Shown here: positions 15,331 to 25,180 of the stretch, piece after piece
Numbering within the stretch: position 1 is the first letter of the stretch
Layout of the letters: each line of letters begins with the position of its first letter
Origin: a virus
Lineage: Duplodnaviria; Caudoviricetes
Strand: one strand, 5' to 3'
IMG/VR virus record: IMGVR_UViG_3300025640_000898
Coordinates: 1-43,535 of that record
DNA: 43,535 nt
Notes under the pieces: generated by a model
Told to the model about the DNA's origin: nothing
Database searches by the model: none
The model's input: only the letters and a program-made list of their open reading frames with translations
Program-made: the position numbers and the translations under genes

Positions 15331-16629
15331 ATGAAAACAAATATCGAAAAATTAGACGAATTAAAAAGAAGAGAGTTTATTGCAAGCGCGGCAAAGGCGT
15401 GTCTCGGAGTTGGGCTCCTACCAATGGCTGGTTCTTATATCCATAACAGCGCTGAAGCTTTTACTACTGGCCCTAGGCCCGCTACCGCCCGTTATGTTAT
15501 TTACTTAAATATGAGTGGAGCGATGTCTCATCTCGATACATTTGGAACAAACCCAGATGTGCCAGAGATACAAGGCCCAACAAAATCTATTCCGACTTCT
15601 GCTGATGGGGTTATTCTTTCTGAGAATCTTCCGTTAACCGCAAAACATATGCATAATGCTGCAATTATTCGAACAATGTCAACAAGTCAAGGAGCCCACG
15701 AACAAGCGAGTTACTTGATGCATACAAGCTATTTAAAGCGAGGTACCATTGCCCACCCTACATTCGGAAGCTGGGTATCAAAACTTTCGGGAGCAATCAA
15801 TAGCACTATCCCATCCAATGTGCAAATCGGATCTAATCCAGCAGGAGCTGGATTTCTTGAGTCTAAATTTGGACCCCTCCCAATAGGCAACCCAAGCAGT
15901 GGCCTAGCAAACAGTAAGCTTGCAGACTATATTGATCAAAATCGATTTGGGGGTCGTTTATCTATGGCTCAAAAAATGAATTCCTCTTACCTTAATCAAT
16001 ATGACCAGAAGCAGGTTCGAGCTTACTCTGATCTTTATAAAGACGCGGTCAAACTCATGCGAAGCGAGGACTTAAAAGCTTTTGATATAACTCTTGAGCC
16101 AGAGTCAATGCACGAACTTTATGGAAAAACTAACTTCGGGCAGGGATGCTTGCTTGCTCGTCGTTTAATAGAAAATCAAGTTCGTTATGTAGAAGTTAGT
16201 CGAGGAGGGTGGGACACCCACGATAACAACTTTGAATCTGTTGCGGACAATTGCGCAGATATTGATAAAGCTCTAAGCGCTCTTTTAATTGATCTTGAAA
16301 TGCGTGGACTGCTTAAAGAAACCATGGTTGTTTTAACCTCAGAATTTGGCAGGACGCCTAAGATAAATGAGCGCGACGGAAGAGATCATTGGCCCTATGG
16401 ATTTACAGCTTTTCTTGCTGGTGGGGGAATTAAAGGGGGGACAGTCTACGGAAAAATGGATGAGCTAGGCAGAAACCCAGCCGAGGGTAAATTTATTGAC
16501 CCGGCATCGTTAAATGCAACTATAGCATATGCCATGGGGCTACCCTTAAATAAAATACAAACATCTCCCTCCGGCAGGCCATTTAAAGTGGCCCACGACG
16601 GAAAGCCCTTGTTTGATATACTTAATTAA
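15331..16629 (+). CDS. DUF1501 family protein with Tat signal
   Basis: KRREFIASAA twin-Arg, MSGAMSHLDTF, FGQGCLLARRLIE, GGWDTH, SEFGRTP, GRDHW, AGGGIKGG. ATG start at 15331. Confidence 0.9.
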   Translation: MKTNIEKLDELKRREFIASAAKACLGVGLLPMAGSYIHNSAEAFTTGPRPATARYVIYLNMSGAMSHLDTFGTNPDVPEIQGPTKSIPTSADGVILSENLPLTAKHMHNAAIIRTMSTSQGAHEQASYLMHTSYLKRGTIAHPTFGSWVSKLSGAINSTIPSNVQIGSNPAGAGFLESKFGPLPIGNPSSGLANSKLADYIDQNRFGGRLSMAQKMNSSYLNQYDQKQVRAYSDLYKDAVKLMRSEDLKAFDITLEPESMHELYGKTNFGQGCLLARRLIENQVRYVEVSRGGWDTHDNNFESVADNCADIDKALSALLIDLEMRGLLKETMVVLTSEFGRTPKINERDGRDHWPYGFTAFLAGGGIKGGTVYGKMDELGRNPAEGKFIDPASLNATIAYAMGLPLNKIQTSPSGRPFKVAHDGKPLFDILN

Positions 16630-16647
16630 TAATTAAAACAACCCACT

Positions 16648-16671
16648 AAAACCGCTAATAGCGGTTTTTTT
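16648..16671 (+). terminator. Rho-independent terminator
   Basis: AAAACCGCTA-a-TAGCGGTTTT followed by a T run. Confidence 0.85.
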
Positions 16672-16687
16672 GTTTATAAGTTTAGTG

Positions 16688-16716
16688 TTGACAACTTAAT
16701 GAAATTCTGGTAAAAT
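16688..16716 (+). promoter_or_regulatory. sigma70-type promoter of the DNA polymerase module (leaderless)
   Basis: TTGACA-N17-TAAAAT with extended TG; ATG 7 nt downstream. Confidence 0.75.
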
Positions 16717-16723
16717 ACTTCAC

Positions 16724-17491
16724 ATGATACCATTATTCAAAAGCCATTTTTCAATAGGGAAAAGCATACTAACTCTAAACAATCCATCGTCACTAGATGA
16801 CAGCAAAACAGATAGTATTTTTTCTATAGCTCAAGACAACAACCTAAAAGAGGTTGTATTAGTAGAAGACTCTCTAACAGGATTTCTTCAAGCGAAAAAA
16901 GTATCCGAATCAATGGATATAAAATTGGTTTTCGGGCTGCGAATAGATATGTGCGAGGATTCAAAATTAAACCCAAAAGAAGAGTCTGTAAAATCCAGAC
17001 ATAAAATAGTTATTTTTGCAAAGAACTCTGAAGGATGCGGGTTGCTAAACTCGATATATAGCGAAGCTTTCTCGGAGGCGTTTAATTCGGTGGACGAAAA
17101 GATATTGAAAAAACACTGGGATAATAAAAAATTAATACTGGCAATCCCCTTCTACGATTCGTTTATATTTAATAATAATATAAAATTTGCAAATTGCACA
17201 CCCAACTTTTCTTTCACAAAGCCGGTATATTTTATAGAAAATAACAGCCTACCCTTTGACCTACTATTAAGATCTAGAGTTATTAAATTCGCAGAAGAAA
17301 GTAAATGCAAAACAGAAATGGTTAAAAGCATTTACTACAGAAAGAAGAAGGATGTATCTGCGCTTCAAACATACAAATGCATTACAGGAAGAACCTTTGG
17401 AAATAAAACCCTATCGAAGCCGAACTTAGATCATTTCGGAAGTGATGAGTTTTGCTTTGAAAGCTGGAAGGAGCAAAAAAATGCAGTATAA
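16724..17491 (+). CDS. Stand-alone PHP domain of DNA polymerase III alpha (split DnaE N-terminus)
   Basis: FKSHFSIGKSIL (cf. HxHSxYSLLDG), VLVEDSLTGF, IKLVFGLRI, IVIFAKNSEGCGLLNSIYS. The downstream DnaE lacks its PHP domain. Confidence 0.75.
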   Translation: MIPLFKSHFSIGKSILTLNNPSSLDDSKTDSIFSIAQDNNLKEVVLVEDSLTGFLQAKKVSESMDIKLVFGLRIDMCEDSKLNPKEESVKSRHKIVIFAKNSEGCGLLNSIYSEAFSEAFNSVDEKILKKHWDNKKLILAIPFYDSFIFNNNIKFANCTPNFSFTKPVYFIENNSLPFDLLLRSRVIKFAEESKCKTEMVKSIYYRKKKDVSALQTYKCITGRTFGNKTLSKPNLDHFGSDEFCFESWKEQKNAV

Positions 17492-18005
17492 ACTAATACA
17501 ACCCAATAAGATATATGTTGACAAATCAAAAATCAAAGGCAGAGGCGTTTTTGCCGCAGAAAACATCAACAAAGGAGAGTTAGTAGAGCAGTGTCATTTT
17601 ATAGTATCTGGATGCATGAAAGAAATGCAAGATAAAGAGTTGGCGAGGTTCGCGTTTAATATATTTTTTGATAAAAATTTATCCAAAGAAGAAAACGAAA
17701 AGATTTCCTTTAAAGTTCAACTTCTTTCAATGTTTGAGGACGAAGAGATCACAGAGCATTTAAAAAACTTCCTAAAAGACTTGGGCTACGAAGATATTAA
17801 TAAGCTTTTTAATTCAGCAACGGTACTAGGAAATGGAATGATATACAACCACGCAAAAAACAACAACATAGACTATGAAGTTGACATAGAAAATATGATA
17901 TTTGAATATACAGCAAATAAAGAAATAAAAAAAGGAGAAGAATTATTAATAAACTACGGAGACCAATACTGGAAAGATAATGAAGGAACAGCTACTGAGA
18001 TTTAA
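17481..18005 (+). CDS. SET-domain protein-lysine methyltransferase
   Basis: SKIKGRGVFAAENINKGELV, IYNHAKNNN, IKKGEELLINYG..YW. SD AAGGAG before ATG 17481. Confidence 0.9.
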   Translation: MQYKLIQPNKIYVDKSKIKGRGVFAAENINKGELVEQCHFIVSGCMKEMQDKELARFAFNIFFDKNLSKEENEKISFKVQLLSMFEDEEITEHLKNFLKDLGYEDINKLFNSATVLGNGMIYNHAKNNNIDYEVDIENMIFEYTANKEIKKGEELLINYGDQYWKDNEGTATEI

Positions 18006-18627
18006 AAACAAACAAAAATATTTACTTTTTGATTACGAAACCTGTAATTTAAACTTAATTTCTGGACACAACAAGCCATGGCAGCTAGCCTTTCTTGTGA
18101 TAGAAAACAATAAAGTTATAGAGGAAAAAGACTACTGGCTCAAGTGGGACGACCTTAGGGTATCTCCGGAGGCTGCAAAAATTACAGGCTTTACCCAGGC
18201 AAAATATAAAAAGAACGCCGTGGACCCACAATTAGCTCTTGATAATTTTGAAAAATACCTATATGATGATTCTTACATTAAAGTGGGGCATAACTTATTA
18301 GGCTTTGACGTATACATGCACAACCTTCACAGAAAACTAATCAACCCGAAAGCAAAATCAGACTTTTCATACATGAATAACTTAGTAGATACTCTATCTT
18401 TAGCAAAAGCCTTGAAAAAACAAATTAAATTAAATAATGAAGACGACTTTCTATCCTGGCAGTACAGATTGAACCATTTAATAGAAAGAGGGCTTTCCTG
18501 CAACCTTAAACAGTGCTGCAAGGACTTTGATGTCCCTTTCGACGCAACCAAATTACATGACGCATTATATGATATTAGAGTTAATTATGAAGTTTTTAAG
18601 AAAATGATATGGGAGATAGAAGTATGA
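17980..18627 (+). CDS. DEDDh 3'-5' exonuclease (DnaQ/epsilon-like)
   Basis: FDYET, VGHNLLGFD, VDTL, HDALYD. Confidence 0.9.
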   Translation: MKEQLLRFKNKQKYLLFDYETCNLNLISGHNKPWQLAFLVIENNKVIEEKDYWLKWDDLRVSPEAAKITGFTQAKYKKNAVDPQLALDNFEKYLYDDSYIKVGHNLLGFDVYMHNLHRKLINPKAKSDFSYMNNLVDTLSLAKALKKQIKLNNEDDFLSWQYRLNHLIERGLSCNLKQCCKDFDVPFDATKLHDALYDIRVNYEVFKKMIWEIEV

Positions 18628-21182
18628 GCTTTACGGATCAATTTACAGATTACAAGGAGTGCTGCCCTCCAGGCGTAAGACTGCCTGAGATTGAAATTGA
18701 ACAAAAATATTATGATATGCTGGAAGCGGATAGCGCTATATCTAATTACGACTTCCTTCGTAAGCTATGTCACAAAGGAGTATACGATAAGGGAATAGAT
18801 AAATACAAAAATAAAAAAGATTATTTTGATCGCGCAAAATCAGAATTAAAAATATTAGAAGAACTGGGTTTTATTGATTATATTTTATTAAATTGGGATA
18901 TAATTAACTTTTGTCACGAAAAAGATATACCTACTGGCCCAGGCAGAGGGTCTGCAGCAGGCTCACTTGTTCTTTATTTAATTGGCGTTACAGACGTAGA
19001 CCCCGTTAAGTACAATTTGTTTTTTGAAAGATTTGTCTCTAAAAGCCGAGCAAAGAAAACGATTCAAGAAGGAATAACATTTCTAGACGGAAGCCTTCTT
19101 GCAGACGTTGACAACGACATAGCTTATGAAAGAAGAGTTGAAGTCATAGAATATATCGAAAGAAAACATCCCTCTCGAACAGCTAAAATATTAACCCTTA
19201 ATACTTTAAGCGGTAAGTTGTGCGTTAAGGAATGCGGCAAAATAGTAGGAGAACTTAGCGAACAAGATGTTAATCTTATTAGCACAACAATACCTAAAAA
19301 GTTTGGCGTAGTATTGCCGCTACTTTCAGCGATACAAGAAAGCGAAAAATTTGCAGATTGGGCTTCTGAAAACTCCGAAACTTTTGAAATCGCCTTGAAG
19401 CTTGAAGGTTTAAACAAAAACACAGGAGTTCATCCTAGTGGAATAGCTATTTCGCATAGCACTATAACTGACATTTGCCCTGTTCAAAAAACAAACGACG
19501 GAAACCTAGTAACCGGCTATGATATGAACTGGGTCTCAGAACTAATGGTTAAATTTGATATTTTGGGCCTAAGAACCTTGAGCGTTATTTATGATGTATG
19601 TAAAACTATTGGCGAAGACATATCAAAAATGGACCTCAATGATCCTAAAATTTTTAAACCCCTGCAGTCTTTAAAAAGCCCTCATGGGTTGTTTCAGCTC
19701 GAATCGGATACAAATTTTAAGGTCTGTAAAAAAATCAAGCCAAAGAGCCTTGAGCAGTTAAGTGCCGTGGTTGCGATTGGAAGACCGGGAGCTTTAGACT
19801 TTCTGGGTGATTATGTTAAATATTCCGAAACAGAGGAGCCTCAGGTAATTCACGAATTCTTTAGGGATGTTTTGGATTATACAGGGGGAATACCTCTTTA
19901 TCAGGAACAATTAATGCAGATGGCCGTTAAAGTTGGGTTTACCTTGGATGAGTCTGAGCAGTTGAGAAGGATAGTTGGCAAAAAGAAAATCGATCAAATG
20001 CCAGCGTGGAAAGCGAAAATTCAGCAAAAAATAATAGAAAACGAACTGCCAACAGAAGTTGGAGAAGTTTTATGGAGAGTAGCGGAAGATAGCGCAAACT
20101 ATTCTTTTAATAAATCTCACTCGCTGGCATACGCAACATTAGCCGCGTGGACCGCTTATCTTAAATTTAATTACCCACAAGAGTTTTTTATGTCGCTACT
20201 AAAGATGACCAAGTATGAACCGGCCCCACAAGAAGAAATAGCCTCTATATCAAGAGAGCTGTCTAATTTTGGAATCAAACTTCTTTCCCCTGATTTAGCA
20301 AAATCCAAAATGGACTTCTCGACAGAAGGTAAAGATATAAGATTTGGGCTCAATAGCATAAAAGGCGTTAGCGAAAAATCCCTACAGTCTCTCAGGGATT
20401 TTAGATCCAGCAATACCCCAACAAAATACGATATTTTCTTAGCGGCAAAACAAGCAGGGCTAAATATAGGGATATTGTCAGCCTTGTGTCAGGCCGGAGC
20501 GCTTCAAAGCAAGGGCTCAAATAGATCTTTAATGGCTCTGGAAGCTCAAGCATTTAACCTTTTAACAGATAGAGAAAAGAGGAACTTTATACTTATTGGA
20601 GAAAAATATGACTATAAGTTATTAAACTGTATAGCTGACGCCAAAAACCAGGAAATGGTTGGGGACGACGGAAAACCCTTAATGAAAGAGTCTAGATTTA
20701 AGACATTTAAAAAGAAATATGATCTTTACAAATCTATTTATGATAAAAATAAATCTTACGAAAGGTTTGCGAATTGGTATTTCGAAAATGAATTATTGGG
20801 GTACAGTCATAGCTCAAAATTAAAAAGCTGCTTTAACGATCTCTATAAAGATTTAAAAGACTCAAGAGATCTTGAGCTTATGGATAAAGATGAAGGGGGT
20901 AAATTTATAGGTGTTGTTATTGATTGCTTAAAAGCTACCTCAAGGAATGGAAACAAATATATAAAGCTATCAATGTCTGACGAAAATGGAAAATGGGATG
21001 CAATGCTATTAAATTCAAGAAGAGGTAATTTCTACGACAGGTATTTCGAGAAAAACCAAAAAGCGCCGACAAAAAAGAACATTGTAATAGCTTACGGAAG
21101 GAAGGCTGAAGATATAATATTTCTTGACTCAATCAAAATTATGGACGAAAAGATATATATGAAAATGTCTGAAGTTAAGTAA
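18624..21182 (+). CDS. dnaE: DNA polymerase III alpha subunit catalytic core (no PHP domain)
   Basis: GPGRGSAAGSLVLYLIGVTDVDP, LFFERF, DVDND, HPSG, VKFDILGL, YQEQLM, YSFNKSH, IRFGLNSIKGV. ATG 18624 overlaps the exonuclease stop. Confidence 0.95.
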   Translation: MSFTDQFTDYKECCPPGVRLPEIEIEQKYYDMLEADSAISNYDFLRKLCHKGVYDKGIDKYKNKKDYFDRAKSELKILEELGFIDYILLNWDIINFCHEKDIPTGPGRGSAAGSLVLYLIGVTDVDPVKYNLFFERFVSKSRAKKTIQEGITFLDGSLLADVDNDIAYERRVEVIEYIERKHPSRTAKILTLNTLSGKLCVKECGKIVGELSEQDVNLISTTIPKKFGVVLPLLSAIQESEKFADWASENSETFEIALKLEGLNKNTGVHPSGIAISHSTITDICPVQKTNDGNLVTGYDMNWVSELMVKFDILGLRTLSVIYDVCKTIGEDISKMDLNDPKIFKPLQSLKSPHGLFQLESDTNFKVCKKIKPKSLEQLSAVVAIGRPGALDFLGDYVKYSETEEPQVIHEFFRDVLDYTGGIPLYQEQLMQMAVKVGFTLDESEQLRRIVGKKKIDQMPAWKAKIQQKIIENELPTEVGEVLWRVAEDSANYSFNKSHSLAYATLAAWTAYLKFNYPQEFFMSLLKMTKYEPAPQEEIASISRELSNFGIKLLSPDLAKSKMDFSTEGKDIRFGLNSIKGVSEKSLQSLRDFRSSNTPTKYDIFLAAKQAGLNIGILSALCQAGALQSKGSNRSLMALEAQAFNLLTDREKRNFILIGEKYDYKLLNCIADAKNQEMVGDDGKPLMKESRFKTFKKKYDLYKSIYDKNKSYERFANWYFENELLGYSHSSKLKSCFNDLYKDLKDSRDLELMDKDEGGKFIGVVIDCLKATSRNGNKYIKLSMSDENGKWDAMLLNSRRGNFYDRYFEKNQKAPTKKNIVIAYGRKAEDIIFLDSIKIMDEKIYMKMSEVK

Positions 21183-21196
21183 ATAGAGTGTAAAAC

Positions 21197-23662
21197 ATGA
21201 AGATGACGCCAAAACCCAACTTTACGCCACGTGCGCAGCAAGCGATAAATGAAGCCAAAAAGGTTGCAAAAAAATATAACAGTGAATTTGTATGTATAGA
21301 CCATTTGTTTTACGGAATGGTAAGATTAAACGCAGGGATACTGAGTGAGATATTGTATTTATTAAACATTGATCAGCTTGCGCTAAAAGACGAAATAGAA
21401 CATACGCTCTCCCAAGACTTAAATGGCCTAGAGTTTTACCCTGAATCAGAAACGAGTCCATCTTTTGATGAAGAATTCCATTTAATATTAAAGGTTTCAG
21501 CATCAATAAGCGAAAAACTAGATCACGAATATGTAGGTCTAGAGCATATGTTGTTAGCGTTGTTAAAATTTGAAGGCTCGTCCATACCAAGCTTTTTTAA
21601 ATCTTTCAACGCGTCAGAGGAGGATATTATATCAGAAGTAAGGGAATACCTGCACCTCTCCAAAGAAAACCCGGCGCATAAAAAAGAAAGCCACTATTAC
21701 CCTCCAAAACCAAAGGTAAAAGATACTAGTTTGCAAAACCTAGAAAAACACGCCTTAAACCTTAACGCCCTAGCCGCCAAAGGAAAATTTGACAACATCA
21801 TAGGTAAAGAAGAGGAAATTGCTAACGTATGTGAAATTTTATGTCGAAGAACAAAGAACAACCCCGTCTTGCTTGGCGAGCCTGGCGTCGGGAAGACCGC
21901 TATAGTTGAAGGCCTAGCGCAAAGAATAGTTAAAGCTGAAGCTCCTGATTTTCTGCTAGCAAAAATTATATATTCCTTAGATCTAGGATCCTTAATAGCT
22001 GGCACTAAATATAGGGGTCAATTCGAAGAGAGATTAAAAAACATAATAGATGAAGCTAAAAAAAACAAAAACATAATTCTGTTTATCGACGAAATACATA
22101 CTCTTGTTGGGGCTGGAGCCGCAGAAGGCTCAATGGACGCTGCAAATATGCTTAAACCCTTATTAGCAAGGGGAGAGCTAAAGTGTATCGGCGCCACAAC
22201 TCAAGATGAGTACAAGAAGACTATACTCAAGGATGGAGCGCTCGACAGAAGGTTTCAATCTGTAAAGGTTAGAGAGCCAAGCCCAGAAGAAACTAAACAA
22301 ATTATTTTAGGAATAAAAAACAAGTATGAACAATTTCACAGCATAAATTATCCCGAAGAAACTCTTGACTTAATTATTGAACTGACCTCCAGGTACATGA
22401 TTGATAAACAATTTCCAGACAAAGCTATAGATGTCATGGATCAGGCTGGATCGAAAGTTAAAATAAAGAACATTCAAAGGCCTGACGCGGCAAAAGAGAT
22501 AGAGAAACAACTAGAAGATCTTAGCATGAAAGAGGCTAATATGGAAATGATTGGAGCATCAAGAAACACGGTTGAAGATGAGCAGTTATTTTTACTAGAA
22601 GAGTATGATAGAGTGATAGAGAAATGGGCCAAAAAAACCATAAAAGCTAAAATACAAGTATCTAAAAGTGATATATTTGAAGTGATTTCAGCCAGAACGG
22701 GTGTGCCTGTAAGCCAAATGTCAACAAAAGAATCCACAAAGCTTCTTTCTTTGGCTAGAGATTTAAATAAAAAAATCATTGGCCAAAAAGAGTCTATAAA
22801 AGAAATTTCGGAATCAATTCTAAGGTCAAAATCCGGACTTCAAGATTCTAAAAAGCCAGTAGGCAGCTTCTTGCTGGTTGGGGCAAGCGGAACAGGAAAA
22901 ACTCATACTGCAAAATGTATTGCGAAATTCGTATACGGAGGAGAGGATAAGCTTATTCAATTAGATATGAGCGAATTCTCAGAGAAAATTTCCGCGAGCA
23001 GGTTAATTGGCGCTTCTCCCGGCTACGTAGGGTATGAGGAAGGCGGAGAGTTGACAGAAAAGGTCAGAAGGAACCCCTATAGCGTTGTACTGTTCGATGA
23101 AATTGAGAAAGCTCATCCAGACGTTCTAAACATATTATTGCAAATTCTTGAAGAGGGGTTCGTAACAGACAACTCGGGTCGCAGGGTTAATTTTAATAAT
23201 TGTATAATAATCCTAACAGGCAATGTGGGTAGCGAAAAAATCACAAAACCATCAATAGGCTTTGGACACTCTCCATCACACGCAAAAGACAAGCTCAAGG
23301 AAGAGCTAAAAGTATTCTTCAAGCCGGAGTTCTTAAATCGACTAAATGAGATAATTATGTTTGATAATTTTAGTATAGAAGACTTAATAAAGATAACAAA
23401 ACTAGAAGTGAATAAGATACAAGAAAAGCTTAAAAATAAAAATATAAAAATATCTACAACTCCTTCTTTAAATAAATACATATCCGAGCAAGCAGAAAAA
23501 GAGAAAATGGGCGCAAGGCCCATACAAAGATTGATTCAAAAAAACATAGAGAACCAACTCTCAAACCTCCTCCTGAACAAAGATCTCACCGAGAACCACT
23601 CAATAAAGTTCTCCCTTATCAAGGGCGAGGTTGTTTATAAAATCAAGGAAGAAGAGGCTTAG
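21197..23662 (+). CDS. clpC: ATP-dependent Clp protease ATPase subunit (ClpC-like)
   Basis: N-terminal Clp repeats, GEPGVGKT, IDEIH, second AAA module GASGTGKT, GYVGYEEGG, FDEIEKAH, and an IGF loop (PSIGFG) for ClpP docking. The start may be ATG 21203. Confidence 0.9.
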   Translation: MKMTPKPNFTPRAQQAINEAKKVAKKYNSEFVCIDHLFYGMVRLNAGILSEILYLLNIDQLALKDEIEHTLSQDLNGLEFYPESETSPSFDEEFHLILKVSASISEKLDHEYVGLEHMLLALLKFEGSSIPSFFKSFNASEEDIISEVREYLHLSKENPAHKKESHYYPPKPKVKDTSLQNLEKHALNLNALAAKGKFDNIIGKEEEIANVCEILCRRTKNNPVLLGEPGVGKTAIVEGLAQRIVKAEAPDFLLAKIIYSLDLGSLIAGTKYRGQFEERLKNIIDEAKKNKNIILFIDEIHTLVGAGAAEGSMDAANMLKPLLARGELKCIGATTQDEYKKTILKDGALDRRFQSVKVREPSPEETKQIILGIKNKYEQFHSINYPEETLDLIIELTSRYMIDKQFPDKAIDVMDQAGSKVKIKNIQRPDAAKEIEKQLEDLSMKEANMEMIGASRNTVEDEQLFLLEEYDRVIEKWAKKTIKAKIQVSKSDIFEVISARTGVPVSQMSTKESTKLLSLARDLNKKIIGQKESIKEISESILRSKSGLQDSKKPVGSFLLVGASGTGKTHTAKCIAKFVYGGEDKLIQLDMSEFSEKISASRLIGASPGYVGYEEGGELTEKVRRNPYSVVLFDEIEKAHPDVLNILLQILEEGFVTDNSGRRVNFNNCIIILTGNVGSEKITKPSIGFGHSPSHAKDKLKEELKVFFKPEFLNRLNEIIMFDNFSIEDLIKITKLEVNKIQEKLKNKNIKISTTPSLNKYISEQAEKEKMGARPIQRLIQKNIENQLSNLLLNKDLTENHSIKFSLIKGEVVYKIKEEEA

Positions 23663-24152
23663 CTGGATCGTTAACTTCAGGAGGTTTTGGCCCCATCGGA
23701 TCTTCGAATTTCTCCCCAGGATTTTGGCTTGAATCAGGCTGTTGCCTAGATGAATTAAAAACTCGCATGCATGCCTGAAATCTATCGGACTGAACTGGGT
23801 ACCTTTTTTTCATATTGGCGTCAAGAATGCATCTCGTGACAAACTGGTCGCCGCTTTCTGAGTTGACTGGCACAGGGTATCTTTTGTCTTGGTTTGTTAA
23901 GAAATTATTTTCATTATCTTCCTGAACTTGCTCTTGCTTGCTTGGGAAGATATCTTCATACTCAATATATCTTATAGATTCGTCAATAGCTTCGTATGCA
24001 GAAGTGATGTTTTTCTTTACTGAATCGTGAATTTCTCTTTCTTCAGTAATCATGTCATAAAGTAATCTTGCTTTTTTCCAAATATGAAAAAGTTCTGATT
24101 TTACTTTTTTATAGCTTGAGTCTGCTCTGGTTTCGTTCATATTTTCTTTCAT
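23643..24152 (-). CDS. Hypothetical phage protein
   Basis: 169-aa ORF ending the head operon; converges with clpC. Confidence 0.65.
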   Translation of the reverse strand: MKENMNETRADSSYKKVKSELFHIWKKARLLYDMITEEREIHDSVKKNITSAYEAIDESIRYIEYEDIFPSKQEQVQEDNENNFLTNQDKRYPVPVNSESGDQFVTRCILDANMKKRYPVQSDRFQACMRVFNSSRQQPDSSQNPGEKFEDPMGPKPPEVNDPAKPLLP

Positions 24153-24166
24153 AATATTTTATAAAT

Positions 24167-24658
24167 TTATTCCTGTTCTATTGGCGAATCTTTTCCTGCA
24201 ACTTGTTTTGGCTTAGCTCCGTATAGATTGTAAGCGTATATTAAGTTCTTTAACCTCTCTTCAGAAGCTAAATACGCATCATGGTAATATTTAGGTGTTG
24301 GAGTGTTAGGTTTTTTAATTACAGAATCCCCTTCTTGTATCATTATCCATCCCGCAGTTTTCCCATCTCCATCTATTTTCCTAAGAGCGTTTCTTTCTGC
24401 TTTTCGATTATAGTCAGACAAGTACATCTCTCTTAGTATGGTTTGCTCTTCTAGCATTAGTCCGTCTGGATTGTCTCCGCTGAACGAAGTAAATATTACG
24501 GTGTTAAGTTCTCCTAGGTGACCTTCTAGCCAACCAGATATTAACCCTATATCCGCATCTCTTTGTTCCCCGTGATCATGGAAGCCTAAATCTTGATCGT
24601 AAAGATTTAAAGCAAGCTTTCCGATGTTTGTTTGCGGATTAATAGGTGGGTGAGCCAT
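24167..24658 (-). CDS. Putative head completion/adaptor protein
   Basis: Helical 163-aa protein two genes downstream of MCP, with an IQEGDSVI beta-hairpin-like motif. Positional inference. Confidence 0.45.
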   Translation of the reverse strand: MAHPPINPQTNIGKLALNLYDQDLGFHDHGEQRDADIGLISGWLEGHLGELNTVIFTSFSGDNPDGLMLEEQTILREMYLSDYNRKAERNALRKIDGDGKTAGWIMIQEGDSVIKKPNTPTPKYYHDAYLASEERLKNLIYAYNLYGAKPKQVAGKDSPIEQE

Positions 24659-24659
24659 G

Positions 24660-25067
24660 TTAACCTCCTAAATAATCAAGAACTTCTTTGTGCTTTGGGT
24701 TGTTGGGGTCCAGATTAATAGGTTGCCCCATTACTTGAATACTTCCTTGTCCAACCAGGCTTGATTCAAAAGCTCTTTTGATTTTATTTTTGAGAACAGT
24801 TTTGTTTCCAGACGGAAACACCCCAGCCTTTACGGCGAAAGCTTGCAGATCGGTTAGATTCATATCTTCAAGCATTTCCTTGAATATCCTTTTGTCGTTT
24901 GTCTTAAAAGGGCTTATTTTCTTTACCCCCAATATATCTTCCAATTCCTTAGCTCTAGAAACCTGTTCTTCGTAGCTCTTGCCTGTTGTTTGATTTAGCT
25001 CTTCAAGCTTCACGCGCTTTCCTGCACTAGCTTTACTCGATTTTTTTGTTGTTTTTTTGTTTGCCAT
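24660..25067 (-). CDS. Hypothetical protein with Rho-N/HeH-like motif
   Basis: LEDMNLTDLQAFAVKAGV..KTVLKNKI; basic N-terminus; SD-like AAGGA and GTGTA upstream. Confidence 0.55.
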   Translation of the reverse strand: MANKKTTKKSSKASAGKRVKLEELNQTTGKSYEEQVSRAKELEDILGVKKISPFKTNDKRIFKEMLEDMNLTDLQAFAVKAGVFPSGNKTVLKNKIKRAFESSLVGQGSIQVMGQPINLDPNNPKHKEVLDYLGG

Positions 25068-25122
25068 AATTTGTACCTTTTTCCTTTGTATTTTAATACA
25101 CTATATAATAATGATTTTAAAT

Positions 25123-25157
25123 AAAAAATCCACCCCAGTTGCCTGAGGTGGACTTTT
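25123..25157 (-). terminator. Terminator after major capsid gene
   Basis: Minus strand TCCACCTCAG-gcaa-CTGGGGTGGA-TTTTTT. Confidence 0.8.
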
Positions 25158-25180
25158 GTAAAACGTTAATTTTATTGAAA

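Noticed and set aside
9670-21182. Inteins or introns in nrdA, nrdB, dnaE
   Set aside because: Lengths and motif spacing are normal, with no intein-terminal HN-C/S/T or LAGLIDADG blocks seen.
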